Positions 39,649-52,046 of a stretch of DNA of 64,000 nt are shown piece after piece. Under the pieces are notes generated by a model. That model was not told the DNA's origin, made no database searches, and saw only the letters and a program-made list of their open reading frames with translations. Position 1 is the first letter of the stretch, and each line of letters starts with the position of its first letter. The DNA comes from Felis catus (lineage: Eukaryota): assembly GCF_018350175.1 (NCBI RefSeq), contig NC_058368.1:76076001-76140000 (forward strand), given 5' to 3'. A program made the translations under genes and the position numbers.

Positions 39649-39873
39649 GGGGCACCTGGGTGGCTCAGTCGGTTGAGCGTCCCACTTCGGCTCAGGTCAT
39701 GATCTTGCTGTCTGTGAGTTCGAGCCCCGCATCCGGCTCTGTGCTGACAGCTCAGAGCCTGGAGCCTGCTTCGGATTCTGTGTCTCCCTCTCTCTCTGAC
39801 CCTCCCCCATTCGTGCTCTGTCTCTCTCTGTCTCAAAAATAAATAAATAAACATTTAAAAAAATTAAAAAAAA
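39649..39873 (+). mobile_element. CanSINE
   Basis: TSD taaatagggtttga. Confidence 0.96.
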
Positions 39874-40793
39874 ATAAATAGGGTTTGAGCTGGAAGGTAT
39901 GTAAGAAGAAATATCAGGAATGAACTGAATTACTTAAACCCACTATTTTCCCTCATTATTATTTACTGAGATCTGTAATGCCCTCTACACATACTTTACA
40001 GGATGGACTCACTTAATCCTATGTTGAAAACTGTGAGTCCTAATGTCACTTATGCCATCTTTTCTAATGGTGCCACCAGCGATGATCTCATCCATTCATT
40101 GTTAAATATTCAATAATAAAATAATCCACATTACTCCAGACTTTTCCGCTCTAAGAATATTATAAACACAAGCAACTGCAGGAAAAAGAAAAAAAGTTGT
40201 AATTTGGAGTGCTTCTTCAAATTCAGTGGGAATTTGACAAACACTATTTTGAGGCTAAATATTGCTATTGAATATTTTTGGTCTCCTAAAGCTAAATCTT
40301 TCTTTGCCAAAAATGTCAACCACCTCATTTAAGCATCCTTTTAAAAATCCATCTTCCTTTCTAGCATGTCCTCAAAGACTTCTGGCCTAAAATAAAAATG
40401 TACAGAAATCCCTTCCAAGAATTCTTTCTCAGAAGTACAAGTCTTACCTGCTATTTCCCTCTGAGCCCTAGGCTGTCTTGATTTCTATGGATCTGATTCA
40501 TTCTTTCAGCTGCTTGTAGATCACTAACGACCACCTGAGCACCAAGCCAAGGGCCGCCTTGAGGCCATTATTACCCCTGGGCCTCTGTGGCCGCTCCGAT
40601 GGCTGAGTAACATCTGCCTCTTACAAATCTTACCTACATTGGCCTCCATGGATCTTAAATTGCTCAGTTTCTCTTGTCTCATTTTTTTTAACTTCCTCTT
40701 ATAGACTTTATTAGACTTTCTCCCCTCAAATATGGGAGCCCCCACATTTTACTCCCTATATGCTAACTCACTCAGTTAAGATACCCATGACTA

Positions 40794-40990
40794 GGGCACC
40801 TGGGTGGCGTGGTCAGTTGAGTGTCTGACTCTTGGTTTCTGCTCAGGTCATGATCTCACTGTTCATGGGATCGAGCCCAGCATTGCGCTCCGTGCTCTCA
40901 GCACTTGGGACTCTCTCTCCAGCTTTCTTTGCCCCTCCACCACTCGCATGCACACTTGCGCTCTCTCTCAAAAATAAGTAAATAAATTTT
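40794..40990 (+). mobile_element. CanSINE
   Basis: Older type; tail interrupted by the next SINE. Confidence 0.9.
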
Positions 40991-41220
40991 ATTTTATTTT
41001 TTAAAAATTTTTTATGTTTATTTTTATTTTTGAAAGAGAGAGAGACAGAGCACCAGCGGGGGAGGGGCAGAGAGAGAAAGAGAGACACAGAATCCGAAGC
41101 AGGCTCCAGGCTCTGAGCTGTCAGCACAGAGCCCGACGCGGGGCTCAAACTCACAAACCGTGAGATCATGGCCTGAGCCGAAGTTGGGACGCTCAACCGA
41201 CTGAGCCACCCAGACACCCC
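40991..41220 (-). mobile_element. CanSINE
   Basis: Antisense, TSD ataagtaaataaatttt. Confidence 0.95.
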
Positions 41221-41668
41221 ATAAGTAAATAAATTTTAGAAAGTGTACCGATGGCTTTACATTTATGTGTCTGTTATTCCTGGCCCATCTAACTGTCCAA
41301 ATGGAATCCGCTTGCATAACTGATTGTCATGCCAAATTCAATGTGTTCCAATGTGAACTCATCATCTTCCTCCAAAACCTGGCTTCCCTTTAAAATTAAC
41401 AATCTATTTCTGTCTATGGAATGGGGTCCTTGCTCTTATAAGTTCATTTTTACATCATCATTCTTTATCTACTTTTTCTCCCAATAATCTCATCCCAACC
41501 CGTTCATATGTTTTTCTTTAAAAAAAAAAAAAAAAAAGATTTGTGTTGAATCACTTCTCTCCATTCCTATGGCTACACCTTCATAATAGATTACCATAGT
41601 TCTATAATTCTACATTTACATTATTACATGATTCTCCTGCCAAAACCACTTTGCCTTCCAAAATTTAC

Positions 41669-41778
41669 CAGTCATCCTTCAACAGCCTGGCAAGGCTTCC
41701 TAGATCCTAGATCCTGCTCCAAAGCTAAATCCACTCTTGCGCGAATCAAACATGCTCTCAGCTAAGGTCGTTCCGATT
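41669..41778 (-). pseudogene. Candidate exon relic, 110 nt, with a 7-nt duplication frameshift (ESERP*LRACLIRARVDLALEQDLGSLARLLKDD after repair)
   Basis: Acceptor tttttaaccgcacag| and donor CTG|gtaaat; starts in phase 1, matching the upstream exon; cctagat occurs twice at 41699-41712. Confidence 0.5.
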
Positions 41779-43574
41779 CTGTGCGGTTAAAAATTGTCAC
41801 GTTGGAAATAAACACAGTAGAGTCTTTATTATATGTCTTTACGCATGTTATTTTTTAGAAACTATTTTGTTGGCTGAGAGATAATTTCATCTGCTTCTGT
41901 ATAAAAATGATTTATTACCATAAATTTAATTTGTATTTTAACAACCCAAACATTGTATCTTTTAGCAGTTTCACAGCTGCTTCCTGTGAAGAAGCAAACC
42001 AGCCTCTTCATCTATACCTGTTCATCATTTTTATTTCACTGTCATCATGACCCTTTCACTAAAACAGACACGAAACCTGGAGCATCCCCCCCCATTCTTT
42101 CTAACATTCAAATGCTAGGCAAAAATGTAATTCAGGAGCCACCAACATATTATAATGCTTTTAAATTTTTTCTCTTACCACAGTATGATCTGGATTTCAC
42201 GCTATTTACCAATCAGTCCGTCCTTCATCTTCCTGGTCTCATTTCCACGTCCACTAACACCAGCCCTCCATTTCCCCAATTTCTCTCACACACCTTTCTC
42301 TCAGTCCTCAACCTGCCCACTGAAGCAGCTCTTCTCTCCTATCAGGATGTTTTCACACGTTGCCTCTTGAGCTGACTTCATTCTACTCTCATTGCGTCAA
42401 TTACCCGGCATTACCTAACTCAGATCCAGATGGACTTACTTACAGGCTCTTACATTTCCATCCTGCCCATTCCTTTGTTGGCCCCTCCATATCTAAAACC
42501 CCTTGAATAAAGGTTCTCTGGCAATTAATTAGTAGTAAGTTAAAGTAAAGGAGGTTCATTAGTTTATTTCATCCAGTACACAATATCAGAGCATATTATT
42601 ATTCAATGAATACCATATGAATCTGGAAATAACCTCAGGTTAATAGTATTCTAGAAGATCAGAGATATGATGTAGTCAAATAAGTATATCCTTAGGTCAA
42701 CAAAGATAAGATATGCAAATATAAGGAACACTGCCCAAAGCTTATTTTGTCCAAAGACAGATAAGCAAATATGTTTCACAGAAGGTTGCTCCTCCCTCTG
42801 GATCTCTAATTCATACCCCTACGCCATAGCCCCAACCCAGCAGGTTTCAGGCAGCATATCTACTAATGAAACACACTGTCCTAAGGCTCATGGTATTTCC
42901 TGTTGGCAGTCAAAACATTTTTGTAAACCAAATGCTCTAGACGGGTAGGTTAAATACAACCTCAGTATAAGCATGGCTACAGAGAAGACCCACTACAAAA
43001 ACCTCTAAATTTATAACAGAATATAGTTTCTACTTGGAAAATCTGGCTCACTATGAAATGACAGCCAATTTGAATACTTCTTCCTAGATGTGATGTATCC
43101 ATGTTCCTCCATGTTCCCACAAAGCACACTGCATTACTATTCTGGGGAATTTAACTCCTTGTATTATAATGAAATCTGGATACAATGGGTCTTGCCTACC
43201 AGCTTTTAGATGTGGTATCTTGAATGATTCACCTAAGTTTTTCCAAACACCTTAGGTGTTCAATGCATGCTTCATAAATGAAAGAGAAAGGATGAGTGTT
43301 TGTAGCTGACGTTTCTCTATGAAAACTTCTGAATTACTATTCATTTTTATCCCATTAAAAAAAAAAAGATATCAGATAGCCATGCAAGGATATCACTCTC
43401 CAAAGCACATCAACATAAGATTCATTGCCATGACTTCAATCCCTAATCATTCTCAGACACTCTCCAAAAATCAGTGATCAGTGTCATGGCTACCTAAATA
43501 CTGCTCTTCAAAGAGCCAAGCAGGAAATAAATATGTATTTTCATTTTTATACAACCTTTTGTTTTTCTTGGAAT

Positions 43575-43797
43575 TTTTTTTTAATATTTTTTTTCAACGT
43601 TTATTTATTTTTGGGCCAGAGAGAGACAGAGCATGAACGGGGGAGGGGCAGAGAGAGAGGGAGACACAGAATCAGAAACAGGCTCCAGGCTCCGAGCCAT
43701 TAGCCCAGAGCCTGACGCGGGGCTCGAACTCACGGACCGCGAGATCGTGACCTGGCTGAAGTCGGACGCTTAACCGACTGCGCCACCCAGGCGCCCC
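43575..43797 (-). mobile_element. CanSINE (young felid subfamily)
   Basis: CpG-intact antisense copy. Confidence 0.97.
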
Positions 43798-43829
43798 ATA
43801 TCACGTTATCTTATACAACTATTTTCCTT

Positions 43830-44250
43830 GGGGCACCTGGGTGGCTCAATCAGTTGAGCATCCAACTCTTGATTTCAGCTCACCAGGATTGTGGAACTGA
43901 CCCCTGTGTCAGGCTCCACACTGAGTGTAGAGCTTGCTTAAGATTCTCTGTCTCTCCCATTTACACTCTCTTTTTTTTATTTTTTTATTTTTTTACATTT
44001 ATTTATTTTTGAGAAACAGAGTGAGACAAAGCGTGAGCAGGGGAAGGGCAGAGAGAGAAGGAGACACAGAATCTGAAGCAGGCTCCAGGCTCTGAGCAAG
44101 CAGTCAGCACAGAGCCTGATGTGGGGCTTGAACCCACAAACTGTGAGATTATGACCCGAGCTGAAATCGGACGCTCAACTGACTGAGCCACCCAGGCACC
44201 CCCGCACTCTCTCTTTAAAATGAAAAAATAAAAATAAATTTTTAAAAAAA
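43830..44250 (+). mobile_element. Older CanSINE interrupted by an antisense CanSINE at 43971-44203
   Basis: cactctct repeated on both sides of the nested copy; the outer A tail resumes near 44217. Confidence 0.85.
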
Positions 44251-44639
44251 AGTAAAAAAGATTATTTTTCTTTAATTTTTTTAGACACCTCACTCCTGAG
44301 GGCCTTTACCTTCTCCTTCAATCTACACTGATTTCCCTACTGCTAGTATTATGGGATTCCCCTTTATGATTTTCCTAATTGGCTTCCACTTTTTTCGATA
44401 TCCCATATCCTACTTTTTCTTAGTTTGTGCCGCTGTTCTGTTATACCATTCTAAACTCATTATCTGAGAAAATGTTGGTGGAAAGTAAATTTCCAAAATG
44501 TTTCCATGTTATGAAGATATCATGATTTGACCCTCACACTGGATTGATAATGGGACTATAGGATGAAAATCAATTTCTCTCCAAAACTTTGAAGACACTC
44601 CTCTATTGTCTTTGAGCATCCAGCGTTTCTGATAAGAAC

Positions 44640-45120
44640 TTCTAAATTTTTATATGGCAATAGTATTAGGTTTACAAAATAGTTTCAAAGGTAGTACAAG
44701 TATTCCTACATACCCTTTTTCCCAATTTTTCCTAATCTTATCATCTTACATAACAACGTTGCATTCGTCACAACTCAAAAATCAACACTGGTGCAACACT
44801 ATTAACTAAAACACAGACTTTGTTCAAATTTTGGTGGCTGTTCCACTGATGTCCTTTTTTCCTTGTTCTAGGATCCCATCCAGGACACCGCATCGCATTT
44901 AGTCCTCATATCTCTTTAGTCTCCTCCACGGGAGACAGTTCCCCAGTCTTCCCTTGTTTTCCAGAGCCTGGACATTTTTGAAGAGTACTGGCAAGGTATT
45001 TGGTAAAACACTGCCATGTTGCCTTGGCGGATGTTTTCTCATGATTAGACTTGGGTTATAGATTTGTGGGGAGAAGGCCATAGAGGTCAAATGTGCCTCT
45101 CTTCCAGGAAGAATGTTTAT
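44640..45120 (-). mobile_element. L1MC-like 3'UTR fragment
   Basis: ggatcccatccaggacaccgcatcgcatttagt...gacagttccccagtcttcccttgtttt. Confidence 0.8.
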
Positions 45121-45137
45121 GGAAGTCTGATTCTTAC

Positions 45138-46106
45138 CCCTCGCAGACAACCAGATTTCCCTTTCTGGGGTATTTTCTCTGATTGCAAGTGATGTTTCCA
45201 TGCGGCCGTCTTTATATTCTTGGTGCCAAGTCCTCAGTGAATCCTCTTTGATGTGCCTGTTTGTATTTGTAAGCTTTGGAAAATTGCTTTATTTCTTCTT
45301 TGGGACTTCCTCCTTTATCTTTATCCTTACTTAATCTTATTTATAGGAGCATTTATTAGTTGTTTGCTTATACCGTATCTTCAGTTGCTTTCCTCTGTGA
45401 CTGAATTCATCTTGAGGACAATTTACTAACAGGGATGGTCTCTTACATGTCTTTACCCAAAGTTTACGGAGTGACACAAACAGATTTTTTTTTTCTTTCT
45501 GATCTCCACACATTCGGAAATGAAATGTACGGAGGCACAATTTTGGCTTCGTTTTCTTCTTCTCTGTATAATTATATTGGGAAAGTTCTCTGTCCTATTT
45601 TGGCCTCTGAGTACTTGAAAGCAATGACTCATAATCTTCAGCATTCCTCATCTGCTTCTGCCCCGCAGCTGACAGGGTGGGCATACTGTATGTATGCCTT
45701 GGCTTTCTCTCCACAGCCTTAAAGGGATGGGAGCCAAGAGTGTGGTCTTTCTGACACCAGACCCCGGGAGCAAAGTGTGGCTGTGTTTTCACTGGCGAAT
45801 GGGAAGATGGAGTACAGTTGACATTGACAAGATGAGTTTCGGTTACCAGCTGCTCAGCTGAGTCATTCCGGTCCCCGCAAGGTTCCCCGCCGCCGACGTG
45901 AGGTAATGTTTCCTTTGTCATCAACAACACTTCTCGCAACCGAGTTTTAGGCCATTAGATAAAAGCTAATTTTATGATTTTCGTTTCCTCATTAAAATAG
46001 GTCATATGCAGAAAATGTAAATTGGAGACTGTCTTCCAGATTTTCATGTTGTGGTTTACTCTGGCTTCCCTAGTCCATATTGAGTTGCTTCAAAAAACAT
46101 TTTTAA
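45138..46106 (-). pseudogene. Candidate large exon relic, 969 nt (323 codons, 6 stops)
   Basis: Acceptor tagaatttcag| and donor GGG|gtaaga; ORFs 45595-45939, 45337-45540 and 44899-45201 all lie in one frame; phase 1-1. Confidence 0.55.
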
Positions 46107-46698
46107 CTGAAATTCTAGAGTCCCTTTCAAAAATCAGTCCATCAAATACATACAACTTGCTAAGCAAATTAAGGATTGGGAGTCTAATATAAATCTTAGG
46201 GCTTATAACTGGAGCCAACAACAGATTTTTACAGCTAATTCTAGATAACTGGGAGGCTATTTACCTAAGTTACACAATGAACCTACATGGTTCCTTTCTC
46301 CCTCAAACTACCATCCAGCTTTATCTTTATCACTATTAGTACTAACGTTGTAATAGGGAAAAGGTATCAATTTTCCTCCTTCTGGAAGCACTGTTTAAAA
46401 AAATTAATAAATGAGAGAGCTCAAACAAATGGCTGAAATTACATTTTAGATTATTCATGGATTACAGTAACTGCTTGTCAAATATTAATGACTACAGATG
46501 AAGCTGTGCTATATTTATTTGGTGCAATAAATTTCCTTTTGGATAAATACATGGAAAGATTATTTTGTTAGTTAAAATGACACGCCACAAAGTTGCAGAA
46601 ACAATGGCAATATTCTAATACTAGGAACACTTGCTGCCAATATAGCATTTTTTTTTCAAAGTGTGACTTATCCTAAGCTATAAAGATGCAAAACTTCA

Positions 46699-46915
46699 GG
46701 GGCGTTTGGGGAGCTCAGTCGGTTAAGCGTCCAACTTCAGCTCAGGTCATGATCTCGCGGTCCATGAGTTCAAGCCCTGCGTCGGACTCTGTGCTGACAG
46801 CTCAGAGCCTGGAGCCTGCTTCGGATTCCATGTCTCCCTCTCTCTCTGACCCTCTCCTGTCCATGCTCTGTCTCTGTCTCAAAAATAAATAAACATTAAA
46901 ATTTTTTTTTTTAAA
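46699..46915 (+). mobile_element. CanSINE
   Basis: TSD aaagatgcaaaacttc. Confidence 0.96.
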
Positions 46916-46954
46916 AAAGATGCAAAACTTCCTAACTAGATACAAAGGCGCAGG

Positions 46955-47041
46955 CAAACGTGTTACTGGGTTATTCACTCTCAAACTTGTCCCTCAGAAG
47001 CCAAACGTGTTACTGGGTTATTCACTCTCAAACTTGTCCCT
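46955..47041. repeat. Perfect 40-bp direct repeat with a 7-nt spacer
   Basis: caaacgtgttactgggttattcactctcaaacttgtccct at 46955-46994 and 47002-47041. Confidence 0.95.
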
Positions 47042-47239
47042 ACTCCTTATCCACTAGCTGACTGAATGAGGTCAACATATGCACAGCCTCCAGAATATCA
47101 GACTATACTCACTAAATCTTCAAGCCTGTAGGAAATTTTCAGTTCTTCAGAGACAAAAATAAACATGTAAACACCTGATTTATTTGGTCTATGGTGAATC
47201 TAGAATGTAAGTCCTTTAAAAGTAAAGTATAGACACTTT

Positions 47240-47446
47240 GGGGCGCCTGGGTGGCTCAGTTGGTTGGGGATCTGAGTCTCAACTTCAGACCAGGTCATGG
47301 TTCATGAGATCGAGCCCCGTGTTGGGCTCTGTGCTGACAGCACAAAGTCTGTGGGATTCTGTCTCTCTCTCTCTCTCTCTCTCTCTGCCCCTTCCCTGCT
47401 CATGCATGCTCTTACTCTCTCTCAAAATAAATAACTTAAAAGAAAA
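47240..47446 (+). mobile_element. CanSINE
   Basis: Head, CT tract, tail. Confidence 0.92.
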
Positions 47447-47810
47447 GTAAAATTCAGTTGTTTGATTTTTTAAAGAAATATGTGGCTTCTGTGTCCACAA
47501 ATGTGCAGTGTTACACATGGTGCAGAAAAACATATGTTTGGAAATCAGTTAGATCTGTAATCAGCCTTTGCTCTTTTATAGATATTGGAAGCACTCTGGA
47601 AAAGCTGCAAAATTTCAAATATCTCTTCCCAACGATAAATGAGATGATTTGTACGTAATCAAATGTTTGCTGAGGACATTTATTAATGATCTATAAAATT
47701 AAGTGTCTTGTGCCATCTGGCATTTAGAAGTGCTCAATAATCACAGCTATTGTTTCCAAACATAAGAATAAAAAGGAATATGTCTCTCTATCCTTGATAA
47801 CATAGATGAT

Positions 47811-47813
<3 letters not shown>

Positions 47814-47848
<35 letters not shown>
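47814..47848. repeat. (CA)n microsatellite
   Basis: Read directly from the sequence. Confidence 0.97.
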
Positions 47849-47850
<2 letters not shown>

Positions 47851-48200
47851 TTTATCTCCCAGAGTATTACTAAATTCTAAGAGTAGATTTGAAATAAAAT
47901 TATCTAATAAAGAAATGGGGGTATGAAGTGAAATTGTGTTATGTGTTCACTCTCTGATAGAGCAGGCTTCTGAGGAGCTAGAGGAGATTCTTAGGCCTCA
48001 TACATAACATCTGTCTTCTGCAAGTATCAAGGCTCTCGGCACTTGGCTCCCTTTGTCGGAGACAATCCGCTTGGTAAACACTCCCATTCCCTTCATGCCT
48101 TCCTTGCTCCCCTTCATTCTCACAATGACCTGAAACTATAACAGAAATACTGTCAGGTAAAAGCCATTTTAATAGATGCTGCCATGAAAATTGTAATTAC

Positions 48201-48347
48201 TTTTAAAGCAGCCAAAAAGTAATCCTAACAAGTAGTGCTCAGAATGTTCTTCCTCAACTCCTTTAACTCCTCAGTGATATTTTCTGAAAAGCTCTGAAAG
48301 GTTTCCCCTTTTAAAGAACTGACATATAAAATACATCCACTCTCCCA
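48201..48347 (-). pseudogene. Candidate exon relic, 147 nt (GEWMYFICQFFKRGNLSELFRKYH*GVKGVEEEHSEHYLLGLLFGCFK)
   Basis: Acceptor ctcttatctgcag| and donor AAA|gtaatt; length is a multiple of 3; one TGA in the phase 1-1 frame, which is compatible with the next exon. Confidence 0.45.
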
Positions 48348-48904
48348 CTGCAGATAAGAGCCACTTGAATCCCATCTTTTATTATTGTAGCGATAGATAA
48401 ATGGAAAGATAAATGATGTCAAGCACTCACATGATCAGACCTATAAGGGGCTAGATATGGGAAGTCATAATTTTCCAGACCTCTCCAACATGTGGCCTGT
48501 TAAACATTCTACAGAACGAAATGCAAACACACAACTCTAGGAATTAAGGTAAAAGACGACGACGACAACAACAACAACAACAACTACAACAACAAACTAT
48601 TTCAGTTCAGTGAACACATAGCTGTGGCCTCACAGCCCGCTCTCACTATACTCTGCTGATACTGGATTTGTCTAGGTGACATTTAATATTCAGCTCCTGG
48701 AGCCCTGGAAAGGTACATTGCTAAATTGTGTGGAGCTAACACTTCCATAAAAATAAGAGTTAACATTTTATTTTAAAATTACGTGTGTGCCAGCTGTGCT
48801 AATTGCTCGACGTAGATCATTTAATTCAATCCATTCAACAGCTTAATGTTTTACGTATTATTATCCCTCTCATTTTGCATATGGAATCCAAGGTTTAAAA
48901 AGGC

Positions 48905-49410
48905 TGGGTTATTTGCACACCCGTGTTCATAACAGCATTCACCACGGCTAGAATGTTGAAGCCAAGCCCCCCTTGTGTCCACTGATGGATGGATGGACAG
49001 GCCAAATGCTATACATGCATACAAGGGAATATTATCCGGCCTTAAAAAGTAAGAAAATTCTGACACATGCTACATGGTGGATGAACTCTGAAGACTTCTA
49101 AGTGAAATAAGCCAGTCACAAAAAGACAAATACTGTATGATCTACTTATATGAGGTACTTAGAGTCATCAAAATCATAAAGACAGAGAGTAGTAGAAGGG
49201 TGGTTTCCAGAGGCCAGAGTCAGGGGACCACTGAGCTGTTGTTTCATGGATACGGAGTCGCATTTTTGCAAAATGAAGAGTTCCGGAGATGGATGGAGGT
49301 GATGGATGTACAAAGAGTATGGAGGTCCTGAATACCAGTGAATTACACACTTACAAATAATTAATATAGTATCTTCCACGTTATGTGTATTTTATCAAAA
49401 CTTTAAAAAT
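48905..49410 (+). mobile_element. L1MB-like 3' end fragment
   Basis: aagtgaaataagccagtcacaaaaagacaaatactgtatgat...ggagatggatgg. Confidence 0.88.
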
Positions 49411-49814
49411 CGGGGGGAAAAAGGGCTAACCTAAGGGTACACAATTAGCACTTGGGCAGTCTAAACTTCGGACCCACCTCAACATCACGGCCTTATGCTG
49501 CCCTTCTGCAGATAACGCACCGCCCCGGGCTTGAGAGGCTCCTCTCTCAGGTGTCTGGAAGTAAACCATTTCCCTGGAAAGGAAGGAGCCTTTTCAAGAA
49601 AATCTGGCTCTCTAGTAAGCCAAAGAGTTTTCTGAAAATACTTAGAATGTTGCTTTTTGAATTTTGTGGTGCCTATGTAAATTGCATACCAAAGGTTGCC
49701 TGTGTATCAGTGAATTTTTACAATTTATGATACAGAAGATCATACTGCGTTATTTAGGTTTTGAAAACTATGCTCTGTGTTTGATCATCTGAAACACTAT
49801 TTATTTTACTTCGA

Positions 49815-50312
49815 TCCAATAAATGCTTACTGAGTGCCTACTGTGTGCCAGGCACAGATGCCAACATAAGGTATCAACAACCCTTAGGGTCTAATGGGGT
49901 AGTAGAGACCATGATGTGTGTTGCTTTATTAGTAAGTACACTGAAAAAAGGAACCCAAAAGGACAATCACCTCACCCTTGTGGGAGAGGAGAAGTACTCT
50001 AGGTCTGCTGACACCAGAAGGACACGTCTTCAAGGATGAGTAGGGGTGAACCACAAGGACAGGGAAGTTAAACACATGCCAGAGTGAGGCGTCTGCGTGA
50101 GCAAAGGCATGGGCCAGTCCTCATACATTTCTGGACGTGTCAGGAATGCAGTATGGTAGCAGGAAAGGCTACCATGAAGGCCATGAAGGCTATGGGAAGG
50201 CTAGAAAGGTAGGAAGTTAAAAATATGCTGAGCTATGCTAAGAAGTTATGCTCTGTAATAGACAGAAACTGCGTACTTACTTGTTTAACGTTTATTTATT
50301 TATTTCTGAGAC

Positions 50313-50366
<54 letters not shown>

Positions 50367-50840
50367 AGAGAACAAGTCGGGGGGGGGGGTGGCAGGAGGC
50401 AGAGAGAGAGGAGACGCAGAATCCGAAGCAGGCTCCAGGCTCTGAGCTGTAAGCACGAAGCCCGACACGGTGCTCGAACTCACAAACTGTGAGATCATGA
50501 CCTGAGCTGAGGTCAGATGCTTGACCGACGGAGCCACCCAGATGCCCTGAGACTGCATACTTTTAAATGAGAAAGTGCCCTGATAATTTTAAAGTCGACG
50601 AAATATCCCTGGGGAGAATGTGTGCACGAATCTGAAAGGAAGGTTAATGCAGCTCTCCTTTGCTTTATTCCTGAGTATGTGTGTCTGGCCAAAGAGAGCT
50701 GTATAAAATGGGAGACTGATGGAATGATTTCAGTGCAGGGAAATTCAACTTAAAGGACGTAATGGAATGGGCCAATGGGAGAGGGAATGCGGCATGGGCA
50801 TCTTGTGTTCACCTCAGAAGGGATAAGGCAGAGGGGGAGG
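49815..50840 (-). mobile_element. L2 LINE 3' fragment (interrupted by a SINE)
   Basis: aataaatgcttactgagtgcctactgtgtgccaggcac, the antisense L2 terminus. Confidence 0.75.
50281..50548 (-). mobile_element. CanSINE
   Basis: Antisense with expanded (GA)n. Confidence 0.94.
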
Positions 50841-51085
50841 GTGCACAGATGGCTCTTCAATTAGGCCATCTCTCATGACCTATAACCACACCCCACAAAG
50901 TACAAGCGATCTTCTATCAACTGGACCACCCAATTGTGCCCACCCACGTCATTGAACAATTCAGAGAAGATTCCTTTAACATATGCAGTCACTGTTGAAC
51001 CCTCGCTAACATTTTTAAACACCGAACCTTTGTAAAAAGACTTCTAAAAAAATAAGCATGAAACTAAATCCCCCCGATACCTCAC

Positions 51086-51438
51086 GTGACATACAACGTG
51101 CATAAATCTAGAAGGTGCATCTAGGCAGATGCAAAACAAATTATGGTGGCCACAGGCTGCAGGACCTTGATATAAGCCTTGGTTATACTCAACACTCCAT
51201 TTCTCTTCTCTTATATTTCTCTCCTGTGAATATGCAGGTCTGTGATCTCTATCATCCGTATTCTGTGTATTGCACAGATGGAGGATATTCCGGAGTATTT
51301 TGGCATTTCTCATCCGGTGCCTAGAACGGTGTTCTCTGCACACAGTTGTAGGTCTAGGAATTTTTACTAGTAAAAGCAGAGCCTTACACCTCATCCAAAT
51401 TCCTGAACCAAATTCCCATGGTAAATGTGAATTTCTCC
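51086..51438 (-). pseudogene. Candidate exon relic, 353 nt, fully open frame (RNSHLPWEFGSGIWMRCKALLLLVKIPRP...APSRFMHVVCH)
   Basis: Acceptor aaattacag|GG and donor CAC|gtgagg; no stop in about 117 codons (same frame as ORF 51044-51394). Confidence 0.45.
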
Positions 51439-51999
51439 CTGTAATTTACAGTTTACAGCTAGAAACTGCTGAATGGACTTCATCGTGGTTGGTGGGGTCA
51501 GCAAGGTGAGAAAAGGAAGGCACACCCTGAGGACAGAAAGAAGGTGTGGAGGCCAGGAGGAAGTCTAGTGTGGGGAACTTTTTATGGAAAGTCTGTATTT
51601 GGTTTTTGTTCTTGTTTTCCTTTTTTTTTCTGTTTTTTGTTTTTTAAGAGAAGGTGGCTATCTCCTCACATATAATCAACTTCCAAATCTCCAATTTTTT
51701 GGCGTATACCCTAAAGCCAGTAATTTAATTATTTACTGCCAATTCATTCTTCCTTTATTAAAAAAAAATTATACTGAACAGAAAGGAAAAATCAATGACA
51801 TATAAAGGCAAATATGGAATTCAGACCTCAATTTTTTTCTTTCTCAGTTTTTTCTTTCCTCTTCTTCCCATCAATTTATCCAGCCTTATTTTCATATGGC
51901 CTGTAAACATATGCTTGCAGACTGCTTTCAATCAGCTTTCAAAGTTCTCCCATTCACAGAGCATTCTGGACATTCACCTTTCCCCTAAGCATAATCCTC

Positions 52000-52002
<3 letters not shown>

Positions 52003-52043
<41 letters not shown>
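52003..52043. repeat. (CA)n microsatellite
   Basis: Read directly from the sequence. Confidence 0.97.

Positions 52044-52046
<3 letters not shown>

Noticed and set aside
47510..47750. Minus-strand open frame with a kinase-like LKFCSFS
   Set aside because: It overlaps a MIR-like 3' end on +, and no HRD/DFG motifs are present.
31850..48347. Fleeting resemblance of exon peptides to RGS (LCFW), PDZ (GSLGL...VYIK) or kinase subdomain V motifs
   Set aside because: Each needs a different frame or assumed frameshifts, and they are mutually inconsistent; no gene symbol was assigned.
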